The translations under genes were made by a program, and so were the position numbers. From Trichoplax adhaerens (taxonomy: Eukaryota > Animalia > Placozoa), in assembly GCF_000150275.1 (NCBI RefSeq), contig NW_002060947.1:8503284-8567283 (forward strand): DNA of 64,000 nt, given 5' to 3'. The stretch's first letter is position 1; every line of letters begins with the position of its first letter. Under the pieces are notes generated by a model. It was not told the DNA's origin. It did no database searches and was given only the letters and a program-made list of their open reading frames with translations. This document shows positions 13,500-27,466 of this stretch, one piece after another.

Positions 13500-15168
13500 T
13501 GTAATGAAATCAAAAGTGTAGAGATCAAGCTACAAAACTTTAATAAACTTTGATTCTACTTTCGTTGCACACCAGTCGACTTACTGAAACTTTGACACCA
13601 AATAAAATTAGGGGAAATAATCGATCAACAATTTATTCCAAAAAAAATGGAGAGAAGCATAAGCCGAACAACCTTACAAATACTTAACTTTAAGTATTAA
13701 TAAAATAAGTGACAGACTGTAAAACTGTCAACAACCAAACAACCTTTCAAAAAGAAGAACGTTTAAACTTACGACAATTCGACCCCGAAGGTCTTATGTA
13801 ATGTAGCTTAGTATTGTGATTGTAGACTGTTAGCCATGTGTAGTATAATGTACGGTAGATATTTATCCTAAGAGATATTTGGTAGCTGTAACTATATGTA
13901 ATGAAATGAAAAGTGTAGAGATCAAGCTACAAAACTTTAACAAACTTTGATTCTACTTTCGTTGAACTCCGGTCGACTTAACGCTAATACTTTGACACCA
14001 AATAAAATTTGGGGAAATAACCGAACAACAATTTATTTCAAAACAAAAATGGAGAGAAGTATAAACCGAACAATCTTACAAATACTTAGCTTTAAGTATT
14101 ATTAAAATAAATGACAGACTTAAAAACTGTCAACGACCAAACAACCTTTCAAAAAGAAGAACGTTTTAACTTACGACAATTCGACCCCGAAGGCCTTTAA
14201 ATTCAACAAGTTCTTCAAATAAAATCTTCTTCTACTCTCTCTCTAAATTTTCTAATTGCACTATCATTTATAGGCTTCGTAGAGCCGTCAGAGGTATTTA
14301 AAACTAAACATTTGCTAACCAATCGCTCTTAAGATCCGTTTTAGAAAACTACTTTGCACCATTTAAGAAAACAAAAATCATTCAAGGTTCAGACAGAATT
14401 TACCCTACGATTCCCTTACAAAACACTATAAAAGTAACAAGCTAACCATAAAAATACATCAAACTTCATTTCTAACATAATTTCTATCGTTAATACACTA
14501 TAAAAGTCTAAAAATCAACCTTTAAACATCAAGATTTAGTCATAAAAACAACATTCTAACTACCTAACAATCAACACAACCTCTGCCAATTTCCATCTTA
14601 TTTTCTATTTTCCTCACTAAATCTCCTAATGTGACTTCAAGTCACGTCATAAAATTCCAAAGTTTCAAATTCATAACAAAAAGTCCAAATCTCAAAAATT
14701 AACTCTTACGATATTTTTCATGAACAAAAATCCAAAAATAAAACAGAAAAATTTAATTCAGACATAAATTAAAATAACCCACCGNNNNNNNNNNNNNNNN
14801 NNNNNNNNNNNNNNNNNNNNNNNNNNNNNNNNNNNNNNNNNNNNNNNNNNNNNNAAGAAAACAAAAATCATTCAAAGTTCAGACACAATTTACCCTATGA
14901 TTCCCTTACAAAACACTATAAAACCAACAAGTTTACTATAGAATACATCAAACTACACTTCTAACATAATTTCTATCATTAATGCACTATAAAAGTCTAA
15001 AAATTAACCTTTAAACATCAAGATTTAGTCATAAAAATAACAGTCTAACTACTTAACAATCAACGCAACCTCTGCCTATTTCCATCTTATTTTCTATATT
15101 CCTCACTAAACTTTCCTAATGTGACTTTCATGTCACGTCATAAAATTCCAAAGTTTCAAATTCATAAC
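13500..15168. repeat. Composite repeat: 13500-13791 ~ 13897-14192, 14365-14678 ~ 14855-15168, with a 100-bp LTR-like fragment at 13797-13896
   Basis: Direct near-identical blocks; imperfect terminal inverted repeat TGTAATGAAATGAAA / TTTCAAATTCATAACA; spans a gap. A diverged inverted relative is likely at 44640-44890. Confidence 0.75.
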
Positions 15169-16476
15169 ATAGTACCAACAGTACAGTGCACCGTTTCATA
15201 TTACAAGCCATCATCCATAACTACTTTATTAAGAACATACAACCATTTTAGTCCACGCAGTGCTATACTTTATATTACTAATACGCTTTCAAAGCATATT
15301 GTAACAGTATTTAATTGAAATCACTACATATGGTTTCAGGTAGATATTTTCCTCAATTAGCCTTTCTATAAAGATAATGATAATATAATTAACGATTTTC
15401 GAGATCATAAATTTACAAGAATATCAAGTTACTAACTGTCTATATCAGTCCATAATGGATGAGTTGCGTTCCTCCAAACCTGTTAGTGCTAAATAAACAT
15501 AAATAAATTAAAGCTTTCTTCGTATATCCTGTTATTGTAAATGGGAATGGGAATAATAATCTATACTTTTGTGATTATTATCGCTAAAAATTGCTATTAA
15601 ACAAGAAGAGTCTATTAAATTTAGCACCTTCTGAAATACAATTATTACCAAGAAAGAGTGTCTATCCAATCAATAAATCAGTTTTAAGATCGATTTCATA
15701 GATTAATCTCGCTCGAAAAAATCCAATATCCTTAGCACAATCTCAGAAAAATGCATAAAGCATAACGTATAGACCAGTATCTTTCCCCCTCCCCAAAATT
15801 GGCGAACAAGTAATTATAAAGTTTTGAAGAGAAATAAGTTTTTAGTTTAAGTAAAATTTCGTGGTTAGTCTACAAGTTTTATAAGGAACTGAATGATCTT
15901 TGCCGACAATATCAATATGTATAATCGCTTTATGGTAGTATTACTTTCCTCCTTTTGGCCTAAAAGATGTTGTACTTGCTAAAGGATTTCAGATAAAGTT
16001 GCCCAAAATAGCAATAAGCAATCGTATGATTCTATTTAAATCAATTTCAATTTTTTAACGCTTGCTTACAATACTGACTTACTAAAATTTTGGGGAAGTT
16101 TCGAACAATTTAACATGGATATTAAAAGAATTATACGTAAATACTTTAATAGTAGACGAAGAAATTTACATTCTATTAAATCTTGTAAATCAAGATAATT
16201 AATTTACTCCTACCTCATCTCAAGAATGGTTCCCTTATAGCCCTTTGATCCAGTCTTCGCTATATTTGCCTTTACTGTACGCTATGCACTTTAGTTAACT
16301 GTTTAGCCAATGCTTGCTATTTTCATGAAATGGCTGCTCCTTTACCGATTTGAGACTTTAGTAACTGAAATATCGAGCTTAATTTTTCTTGTTTACGATA
16401 ACACCAGGGCACATATATTTCCCTCCAATTTTTTTTTTATATTTAAAGCTCAAAATATTTAATATCTTTATATATT

Positions 16477-17106
16477 TGTCATAAAACAGCTTTGCAACAA
16501 GATAACGTAATATACGATCAATAAGTCAATTCCTTGAACCACGTATCAAGGAACTATATCTGGAATATCAGAAACACTTTTGCTCTACTAGCAGACTACA
16601 CAAAGACTTAAACGCCTCGTATTTTACGTTAAACACTAAGTTTGAGAATCCACTTTATTGCACGATATACTGCATTTATATACTATTCCTCAATAGTTCA
16701 TGAGTCATAGTTAGTACGATTAACTTTGGAATCATATACTGAATTAGATATTAATTATAGCTACTGCTCCCTTAATACAGACAGCAGTATTTACGAACAT
16801 AGACAGGCGATGACTAATACAAAATAGTCAGATTACGATATGTCCTATCACGGAACATTTCCACGATAATTTACAATCTACCATAAGTAAGTTACAATCA
16901 CAATGATTCGAACTGTAAGTAGATGATTTGCATTCCCTATTATAACTATTAATTTCAGTATGTGTATATGTGTTACTGTCATAAAAAGTCAGTGCTATAT
17001 TAAAACACAGTATATTCAAATTAGAAGTTAACTAAATAAGGATAGGCTAACAGAATTATCCTAACATAGATATTTCTACTCTAACACAGTATATAACACT
17101 GTAACA
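16477..17106. mobile_element. Solo-LTR-like element, 630 bp, TSD ATATT
   Basis: atatt|TGTCAT...GTAACA|atatt. The empty site is seen in the paralogous sequence at ~35305. Confidence 0.85.
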
Positions 17107-19107
17107 ATATTGCAGCTCCAAAATATGACTAACATTAAGGCTCAGAATATGCAAGAATACTTAAACTAGCGTGTTAGATTTTAAGGTTGTGTAAGTGGCT
17201 ATTTTTAGGAATATAGTAGGTTTGTAACAATTCTATTGAGATGCTTATAATAAGATTCCTAAACATAACTAGATTGCTCTAAGTATGTGAGGAGTGTGAG
17301 ATATTTATTGTGATGCGTTAATTAGAAGTGTGAATAGATTGAGCGATCGTAAAGTTAGAAGCGATCTCGCAACTTAATTGGTAAGCTATGATTGAGTCGC
17401 TAAAAATCATTCTATTACTTTATGTATAAATTAATAAATGTTGCTATAATGATTTTAGCTAATTACAGTAGTTTTGAATTAGGAAATACAGTGATAGCAT
17501 GTAGTATAGCACTATATATCTTAGTAAAGAAATTGTTGATCGTGGCTAGTATGATGAAACTTTTCTCATGTTATGTCTTCTCTAAGGCCGTAGCTGATAG
17601 CCATATTAAGTATTACTATTAGGCAATGCACTAGAGCTATTAATGACTTCTATGTGGACGTGTATTGAATTTTAATTTGTACTAGTATAAATTCACGTCG
17701 CTTTGCTGACGGTTTACGTTAACTCACCCATTTGTTAATAATTAACAGACAGTATTATCATTCGACATTATATATATATTACGTAATAATGATCATAGCT
17801 AATCTTACAGCTTCTAATTCGTTATATGGAGTCAATCAAAGATAAATTAAAATGTAGAGCAGTGGAAGTTAACAAGATTATAGAATAATATACAGGCTTT
17901 TAAGATTTTTCTAATTTACACGAGTGCTTACTCATATCAATAACGGCTAACTGAGGGATACAATACCACATGGTTTTATAAGGTTTTCTTAATTATGGCA
18001 GTTGTTACTCGTATTAGTAATGGTTAACATGAAGATTGAATATTTCATAATTTAAAAATTTTGTTCTAATTGCGCTAGTGCTTACTTGTAGGAATATCAG
18101 CTATCATGGAATAAAAGCTTCATAATTGTATAAGAATGTTTTAATTATGCTTGTGCTCACTCATATCAAAATTGGCTTACATGGTTACCATAACGTGAGC
18201 GACTTTTTAGGATTAGACTACGTCTGAAATTTACAGCATATGCTATAACATCAGTCCCCTGTAATTAATATCAAATAGTTAGAAAAATATAATTCTATTC
18301 TGTTCCCTACGGTAATCAAAGGTATCGAGGCGTTTCTCTGTTCTATTTATTTAGCTACATTAAATGTCCAATAATTATAATAATTAATTATACATCATAT
18401 TCCTTGCAACTATTAATAGTAACACTTATGCCGTTGCAATGGCTTTCAATCTCAATACGAAAGATGCTATAGCTATATATATAGACTACCAAGAGCCAGT
18501 TAAGTGATTTTTTTGAAGACCTTAGATTGGCAACTTACCTCAAGTACACTACAGTAAGTAACATGCTTATATAGAAGAGAAATAGCAATTTTTCTAATAT
18601 TATCAGGATAATTATCTTTATCGAAACATGGTCTATCCAATTACAGAAAGAGATATTAACTTAGAATTATTAAATAGTAGTTAACTTCAGTTTCAGCAAA
18701 GCATGATCTAGCACTCTCGATTGCGGGAGCACAGCCCCAAATTAGTCTAGAAAAAATAATAATATTGTATGGAAATAGTCGAACGTCGATTGTGAGATTT
18801 TAATATTAGTAGACGACGGAGTAATAGTCGTATGTTGAAGGAACCAAGTTTAGGTAATAAAATAAAGTTTCAAAAGAAACAATAATTCTTGTTTAACATT
18901 TTGAAGACACTTTGTCACGATAGCATAGAATTATACGTATGCACTATAGTTAATTTTTCTTCTATCCTTAAAATATATGAAAAAAGTGAGAATGCAGAGA
19001 AATTGCAGTCTGACGCGCAACCTTACGCTTAAGCCTTAATTAGAGGTGATAAACTCCAATTGTAACTAATTTATGTCATTCGATTTTACGCCAGAGTGCC
19101 ATAAAAA

Positions 19108-20942
19108 ATGGCTACTCCTGCTCAACCACAATACGTCCAACAACCAAAAGTAATTACGTATTTTATCAATTCTATTTTAAACTTCATATTGACTTTAACG
19201 TTAGTACCATCCACTCACGGGCAATCTTTAATGCTTATTAATATTATGAGTCAGTTAATAATAGGCTTTCACCTAATACTTAATAGAAGTTTGTAGTTTT
19301 CTAAAGTTATTCTAATTTTGTTTCTAGCTATTATATGACCTGGTTAATTCATTAATAGAGAGAATTAATCTCGATCGCAGATAAGCTATGCAACATCTCA
19401 TACTGTATATATATAGTCCAAGGCGATTTGATAGTTATAAACGCTTACTGGTTTGCAATGATTCGATTTTGAATATGTTACAGAAATTGGAATGAATTCA
19501 AGCTAGTACAGCTTGTTACCCATACGGTACTACCTGAAATTACTTTAACTTAACCTAATACTATCTGTACCAAATTCTGTTTAATCAATCCGAATTGATT
19601 ACGCAAAATGTATATTGATAAAATGATTTGACTTCAGTATGAAGGAGAAATATTTATACTACTTGAACCTTAACTTAAACCGATTTCATCCATTACCATA
19701 CCTAAACAATCAATGTAATTGCATGGTTAAAAAAAGGATTAGTAGATTAAAATAATTTAAATCCGCTTTGATTTGCTTCAATTCATTGTAACTAATTCTG
19801 TCTATGCCAAGTTTATACAATTGAGCCTACAGTAATTTGATAGTTAAAAATGCTGGATCAAATGTGCAGTAATACATGGCATTTATAGTAGTTCATGAAT
19901 TAAGCAGTTCACTACTCATCTAGCTATACTGTTGCCAATTGTACTGACTATTTTACTAGTAGTAACGAAGAGTAGATAAATAGTGCTAGTTCTGATCTAA
20001 ATGATTCTTTTTCTTGATATTAATCTATAGTCCCTTGGCGATTGATACGAAAGTAAATGGATCATAGGCGAATGTCTATTTCAAAGGATCTAGTATAGCT
20101 CCAGCAGCTGACTTAGTAATTAATCTGGCGGAGAAGTTGGAATTTTGTTCTTTAAGTGCTGTAGTCTCTGGCTATGCTTGATAGACATTAGAGCAGCTAA
20201 TTTTATGTGATAAAAATTATCCTATTGAATATATTACTAGCAGTGATAAATTGAAATCATGGCTGATAGAGACTACAAAAAACGGATAGAGAATATGTAA
20301 GTTGCAGATCAATTTCCAATAAAAACGAGCCTAAACGGTATTCTATTGATGATCCGATATTAGTAGACATGAAATCAGGAAAGGCTCAGGAAATTACTAT
20401 TTAACCCAATAGCAAACTATGGTTCCGTCTATCGTAGTCCAATATACATCAGTAGAATTACTGTAACATGACAGTCGAATTTATAGAAAATAGATGGAAA
20501 ACTAATTCATCCGGAAACGATCAATTAAAATGTTATTACAATCCATAAGTAATTCTCAGTAAAGCAATTATGTTTTTATCTATTGCCGATAACTAAAAAG
20601 GTTTGGTAGACGGTATTTTGGAATATATAACAAGCAAAAGTACTTTCAGGTTTAAAGAAATTCAAATTTTCTTCACGATAGCATGCTGAAAGGTTTATAT
20701 TAACGGTCATTTGTGATGCATTGTTGTTTAGAGATCTTATGAAACCTATAAGGAGATAAAGAAGTAAATCAGAAAAAATTATTCGATATAGTAGCTAGTT
20801 ATGAAACAGGATAAAATCCTGGTACTAAATAGTAAGGGTATACTCGTAAACTGCATTTGACTTATCGGCTTGATACCTATTTAACTGGAGTAGGGTATCA
20901 CCGACCAGATGAAATGCGACATAGAAGTTGTGACATGAAGAA
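19108..20942 (+). pseudogene. Probable decayed plus-strand gene of uncertain identity
   Basis: AAAAATG start, MATPAQPQYVQQPK then a GTAATT donor at 19150. An acceptor at 20030 is followed by ~900 bp of protein-like but stop-riddled sequence ending at GTAAGT. Confidence 0.35.
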
Positions 20943-21628
20943 GTAAGTATATTACGTATTATAAGTTTAGCTTGCTTTTATAGATTTTTTAGTATCGTTT
21001 AGCGCTTCATGGACTTTCAGCGGAAAACCTTAGTTTAATATATTAGTCTAACATCTAATCAGCGAGAGTTGCTATCTGCTAATGTAAAAGGTATAAGTAT
21101 AGTACGCAAAGTAAAACGAGAAAGGGATCGACTAGTCAAAATTATCGTATAAATTCTACGCGTACGTAAGATTTTCAATAGCATATTATAACGTAACTTA
21201 GTTTAGATTGTGAATTATTAGCCGCAATGAGCGATAGTGCAGCTTTTTATATTTCTCTTCAGGCGTATTTAGTAGCTCATAGCTATAAACAGGATTGAAG
21301 ATTTTATGTTAGAGTACAAATGACCATATCTAGCAGGGAGTTGAGTCATTAATTTTTGACGCTAGAGGTGAAAAATAGATACGTAACTCATACATTAGGA
21401 TATGCTTAGTTCATCGTATTTTGACTAGTAGAAATAATGTCTACCTAAATACTAAGTGATCATTGTACCGGATTACATAAACAGTTCGTTTTAAAATACT
21501 GTTACTACTAAGAATTTATACATCTGAATATATGTAAAGCTAGCCGGTGTTAACCTAGCTTAGCCATGCTTTTCTACATGCACACAACACGCGTAGTCGA
21601 GCGTTATCTCCCAAAATTTTAAGGTAGT

Positions 21629-22023
21629 TGTAATAAATCCCACTTGTGATTTGGTTGTGCCAGGTGCTATAGTAATTGTGTATGTCTTCCATTAACTTGG
21701 GAGTTTTCTTCTAAGGGAAAACTAACTCTTTCCTCACAGTCACACAACTACTCAGGTTTCTTTCAAACCACTAGCACTTTTTATTCACCAGTCATCTGAT
21801 TTCTAGTCTCTACTAGTTTGTCCTAGACTGGAGCGACTACTGCTAGCGAATGGCAATTCGCTTAGTCTTCTATACCATCCCCGCTCATTTGTGGGGCATA
21901 CTAGTAAATTGCTCCTTCCACGAATTGTATACGTTACTATAGTTGTCTACCGAAATGGTAAACAACCGGGTTAATTAATTATTATTACCTAATTTATAAT
22001 TTATGGAGCTACACTTCGTAACA
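21629..22023. mobile_element. Solo-LTR-like element, 395 bp, TSD GTAGT
   Basis: gtagt|TGTAAT...GTAACA|gtagt. Confidence 0.8.
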
Positions 22024-22675
22024 GTAGTGTACGAACTTTAATTTTTCGCATAAAACGTTTAATGCCCACTAATTGAATATAGAAATTTCTATAAGTAATT
22101 TAGTATGCGGTATTGTATATTCGATTGCAATAAATTTGGGCAACATCAGGCACTGGATATGATATTTCTGGCTAACCTCTAGACACGCCCAAAATTCGCA
22201 CTTTATGATTCAATTACCTTAAGATTAGTTAAATCGGTGAGTTTTAAATTTAAGCCCATGAGGACCATCTACGCTTAATGATGATTCCAGAAGTATGCAT
22301 AGTTTCCCCTCTCACTCTCCGTTTGGCCGTGATGGTATTATAAAAAATTCGGCTTCTACTTCATTGAAGTTGCCAACTCTACGAAAAGTATGTAAGCAGG
22401 CAACTTTTTAGATTAATCAGTAGTTTTTCCACAGGTCTTTCTAGCAGTTGTATTCAGCTAGAGTAGAGCTTTGTACAGATTCTCTCTGTATCTAGATCGA
22501 ACAAGGTTCTAATTATTTATCAATTTTGGAATTCCACAATCAGTTAAATCACGCATAGAAATGATGATATAGCACAATACCGTATTACTTCTATCCGTTT
22601 TTATATCGTGTTTTCATACCACTACGTTGCGGTTAATTTTAGAAATTGAAAATAAAGCCTTCATATTGTCTTAAT

Positions 22676-25600
22676 TTATTAAAACTTTTGATAGAATTAA
22701 GACAATTTTGAACGTAAACACTGATATCTAGGATAGCCTGTACCAACAATGTTTCGCTACATTCACTATTCGAACGCGATACTATAGATGCTATTTCAAA
22801 ATCATTCAGATGCTTCAGATGCTTGCTATTACTTTATAACAAAATAGAGAGCTGACGATATCAACATTCTAGAGTAAATTGGTTACAGTATATTTAAAAA
22901 CCATTTAGATGTATTGTTCTGTTTTATAACAAAATGAAGAGTTGGCGAAATCAACATTCAATAGTAATTGATATACTGTATTCTAAACAATTCATACCCA
23001 AATTTTTATTTTATAACAAAATAGAGAACTGGCTACATCAACATTTAAAAGTACGGTAGTCAGCATCTCTATGCTCAAAATAAATAAGCAAACCAATAAA
23101 ATTGAGAACGTATTACAGGCGCTTAATCACTCATTCGATCATTTATTCTGTGCATTCTTATAAAAAATGTAGAATGTAATCTTGTCTAATGGTCTACAGC
23201 GGTCGCTTAGATATTACCCAAATAAATTAAGTGATATTGATTTTTTGATACCAAAAACAAGACCTTTTCCAATATTGAGTACTATTCATGAATTACTTTA
23301 GGAAAATCAGTCAAGCTAGTAAACAGAAGATGAATTATAATTAACCAAGAAACATTAATCAACCTATTAAGTAGAAAATGAAATATAGCGATCATAGGAA
23401 GAAATAGGATACGATGGAACATAAACATTATCAAATGAAAAAGATTTATATCAATTTTACAGCTGGGCAAGACAGTATCTATAGACATTATAGATAACAT
23501 TCAGAACTGATCAATTTACAAATGACAATAAGAATATTGATTATCAGCTCAACACATAATGATATAAGTTCAAAGATAACCGCTACTACAGCACTCTATA
23601 ATAAAATTTAAGATCAAACTAAGTTAGATCACATTTATTATGCAGAAATTATGATCGGTTAGTAACTGGCCAATTTTTCATCTTACTTTTGTTCTAGCAT
23701 TTTAAGAATAAAATAATTTATACAATGCACTTATTTAAGGCGGAGTAACAGATTTATTGAGGAATATGAGAACAAGCAAACTACATATGCGGGCATGTGC
23801 GGGCTTTATCTTACTCAAATCTGATAAAGTAGATAACCAGAGGATCAATAGCATGGGTGGAGATTAAAGGAAGGTTTATATCTATCATCGTTGACGTGAG
23901 TAAATGTAAATAACTTTCCATTTTACATCTGATAAATTATTCAGTTAAGCATCTGATACATAGACATAATGTAATAAATATCACTAATTCAGACACAATC
24001 GATAGACTACAGGATGTACGCCATCACCAAGAAAAATTTTAATTACAAATAAATTATTTTTACTCAAACTCTATTCAAATCGACCTGATGCAGTAAGAAA
24101 GCTCCTTACAAGCTAAAGTTTAAGTAAAATATTCTTACAGTAACATATAACTTTAATTTTAGAACTGTAAATAACCATAATCCNNNNNNNNNNNNNNNNN
24201 NNNNNNNNNNNNNNNNNNNNNNNNNNNNNNNNNTTATTAAACTTTTGATAGAATTAAGACAATTTTGAACGTAAACACTGATGTCTAGGATAGCCTGTAC
24301 CAATAATGTTTCGCTACATTCACTATTCGAACGCGATACTATAGATGCTATTTCAAAATCATTCAGATGCTTCAGATGCTTGCTATTACTTTATAACAAA
24401 ATAGAGAGCTGACGATATCAACATTCTAGAGTAAATTGGTTACAGTATATTTAAAAACCATTTAGATGTATTGTTCTGTTTTATAACAAAACGAAGAGTT
24501 GGCGAAATCATCATTCAATAGTAATTGATAGACTGTATTCTAAACAATTCATACCTAAATTTTTATTTTATAACAAAATGGAGAACTGGCTTGTCACAAC
24601 CCTCACTTGTGGCAAAGAAAAGTAAAGAACTCTAGTGTAGTTACTTAAAACTTGGGCTATTTCTCCCAGTACTTTCAGTTTCTATGAGAGAAGTATTTGA
24701 GAACTCGATTTCTCGGCTGATCTCCACAGACAACTGACTAATTATTACACTATTCTTCACGATATGAGTCTTGCCGTTTCTTGAGCAATTACTTACTTTA
24801 TTCTACAAACACACGCGCTTAAATAGGTTTCTACAGTGAATTCCAATATTAACGAGTGAGAATTCATGCTTTACAAGTTACATTAATTAGTATAATACCA
24901 TTACTAAATATACATGTCGATATTCTCAGACTTAGATAGCTACAAGCTATCAGGTGTTAAGACGCTTAGCCTTCGTCCATATACAGCTCAATTTTTAGAG
25001 ATTAACACACCTTATAAACCTACAGTAAATTAACTGCTAACAACTTCTATTTTTATCTCATTTCTACCATCCTATTATCAGCTACAAGCGCATTAAAACA
25101 TAGCACATAACCTTATCTTATCTATTCATAAGCATTCATTAATTTACAGTTACTTAATTAGTAACGGCGTACCGTGACATGGCTACATCAACATTTAAAA
25201 GTACGGTAGTCAGCATCTCTATGCTCAAAATAAATAAGCAAACCAATAAAATTGAGAACGTATTACAGGCGCTTAATCACTCATTCAATCATTTATTCTG
25301 TGCATTCTTATAAAAAATGTAGAATGTAATCTTGTCTAATGGTCTACAGCGGTCGTTTAGATATTACCCAAATAAATTAAGTGATATTGATTTCTTGATA
25401 CCAAAAACAAGACCTTTTCCAATATTGAGTACTATTCATGAATTACTTTAGGAAAAATTAGTCAAGCTAGTAAACAGAAGATGAATTATAATTAACCAAG
25501 AAACATTAATCAACCTATTAAGTAGAAAACGAAATATAGTGATCATAGGAAGAAATAGGATACGACGGAACATAAACATTATCAAATGAAAAAGATTTAT

Positions 25601-26331
25601 ATTAATTTTACAGCTGGGCAAGACAGTATCTATAGACATTATAGATAACATTCAGAACTGATCAATTTACAAATGACAATAAGAATATTGATTATCAGCT
25701 CAACACATGATGATATAAGTTCAAAGATAACTGCTACTACAGCACTCTATAATAAAATTTAAGATCAAACTAAGTTAGATCACATTTATTATGCAGAAAT
25801 TACGATCGTTTAGTAACTGGCCAATTTTTCATCTTACTTTTGTTCTAGCATTTTAAGAATAAAATAATTTATACAATGCACTTATTTAAGGCGGAGTAAC
25901 AGATTTATTGAGAAATATGAGAACAAGCAAACTACATATGCGGGCATGTGCGGGCTTTATCTTACTCAAATCTGATAAAGTAGATAACCAGAGGATCAAT
26001 AGCATGGGTGGAGATTAAAGGAAGGTTTATATCTATCATCGTTGACGTGAGTAAATGTAAATAACTTTCCATTTTACATCTGATAAATTATTCAGTTAAG
26101 CATCTGATAGATAGACATAATGTAATAAATATCACTAATTCAGACACAATCGATAGACTACAGGATGTACGCCATCACCAAGAGAAATTTTAATTACAGA
26201 TAAATTACTACTCAAACTCTATTCAAATCGACCTGATGCAGTAAGAAAGCTCCTTACAAGCTAAAGTTTAAGTAAAATATTCTTACAGTAACATATAACT
26301 TTAATTTTAGAACTGTAAATAACCATAATCC
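22676..26331. repeat. Tandem near-identical duplication (22676-24183 vs 24234-26331) across a gap
   Basis: Few substitutions plus one 588-bp insertion; the junction is exactly the N-gap. Confidence 0.9.
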
Positions 26332-27466
26332 ATTTCCATGTGACGCACTATAAATAATTATTTGTAAGATATCTAGGAGTAGACAGATCCATTGGTCTGA
26401 TTTGCATGAGTAAATAAATAATTAGATTAACCCCAACCAATTTAGTATCCTCAAATACAAAAAAATGTTTATAACGTCTAAAAGATTAATACAGGAGTTG
26501 AAAGTACCAATAATTCCAACTCATACTAGAGTAAATCTGCATCTAAATGTATTCAGAACTGAAACTAGTTGTTTGTCACTATTAATCATTCCAGTATAAA
26601 TTTCTGCAATATAATTATGAGTTCAAGCAGCCATTAACCACGAAAACAAAATATGCAAGAGTTTAAAAAAATAAATTTTATACTCCTCTTTTTCCAATTT
26701 TGACCTGATTATGAAAAAAGAAAGTTATGATTTCATAAAAATTTATCAACACTATATACCCATGTTTAATATTCATAAAGAAAAGTAATATAAATATCAA
26801 TAATGTTGTAGCTGTCAACGCGGAACAAATCGGTAGCATTGCACCAAATATCGTAAAGAAAGGTACTTGTCGATAAGATGACCATTTAAATTTCCACGTT
26901 AACTTATTACGTCTGATTTTCATCCAAATGCTATAATTATTGTTCTGAATAAGAATAATTATTTTTTTATATTTAATATAAGCCAACTTGATCGACATAT
27001 CAATAATAATTCGCGTAAATTCAAATCTATTATGAAAAAGAAAAATGGACGAAAGAAAGAATTGATTACTATTATTGTGATATTGAAAAAAAATTCGCGA
27101 CATAAGACTTGAAATGATGCAATATTCAATATTCTCCATATGCAATGTACGTCGCATGCAACTTTTATTAGTAAATAGAATATAGAAAAAGGAAGATTTC
27201 TGTTTTTACTGTACTTAAGGAACAATATATTGCAGTGCAAGCCGATAAAAAGCGTATATAATAATTATTATACCGTAGGTTAGTATAAATTCATAGCTCG
27301 TATGTAGGTAGATACTCGAGCAATAGTCTTATATATCCAATTTGAAATACCATCATGATTAAATACTACCAAGTGAGTGTAATGAGGGTCTAAAGTATAT
27401 TTACTGCCATTAATTTCTGTCTTTGCTATATCCGAAGTCGTCCCATTGTTAATTTGAAGACCAAGT
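23215..27466 (-). pseudogene. TRPM-like relic, longest remnant (SLOG end, MHR4, pre-S1, S1-S2)
   Basis: YTLDPHYTHLVVFNHDG (~27400), LFLYSI..CIW/ENIEYCIISSL (~27200-27100), an exon after a strong acceptor at 27027 with DLNLRELLLICRSSW and IQNNNYSIWM, and LINVSWLIIIHLLFTSLTDF..SILEKVLF (25520-25400, duplicated at 23370-23250). The order matches TRPM. Confidence 0.6.
24592..25179. mobile_element. Solo-LTR-like element, 588 bp, TSD TGGCT
   Basis: tggct|TGTCAC...GTGACA|tggct. The duplicate copy at ~23030 has a single tggct. Confidence 0.93.

Noticed and set aside
26678-27240. Hydrophobic ORFs as a novel membrane protein or second GPCR family
   Set aside because: They run through an intron-like polypyrimidine tract and are better explained as frameshifted TRPM relic exons.
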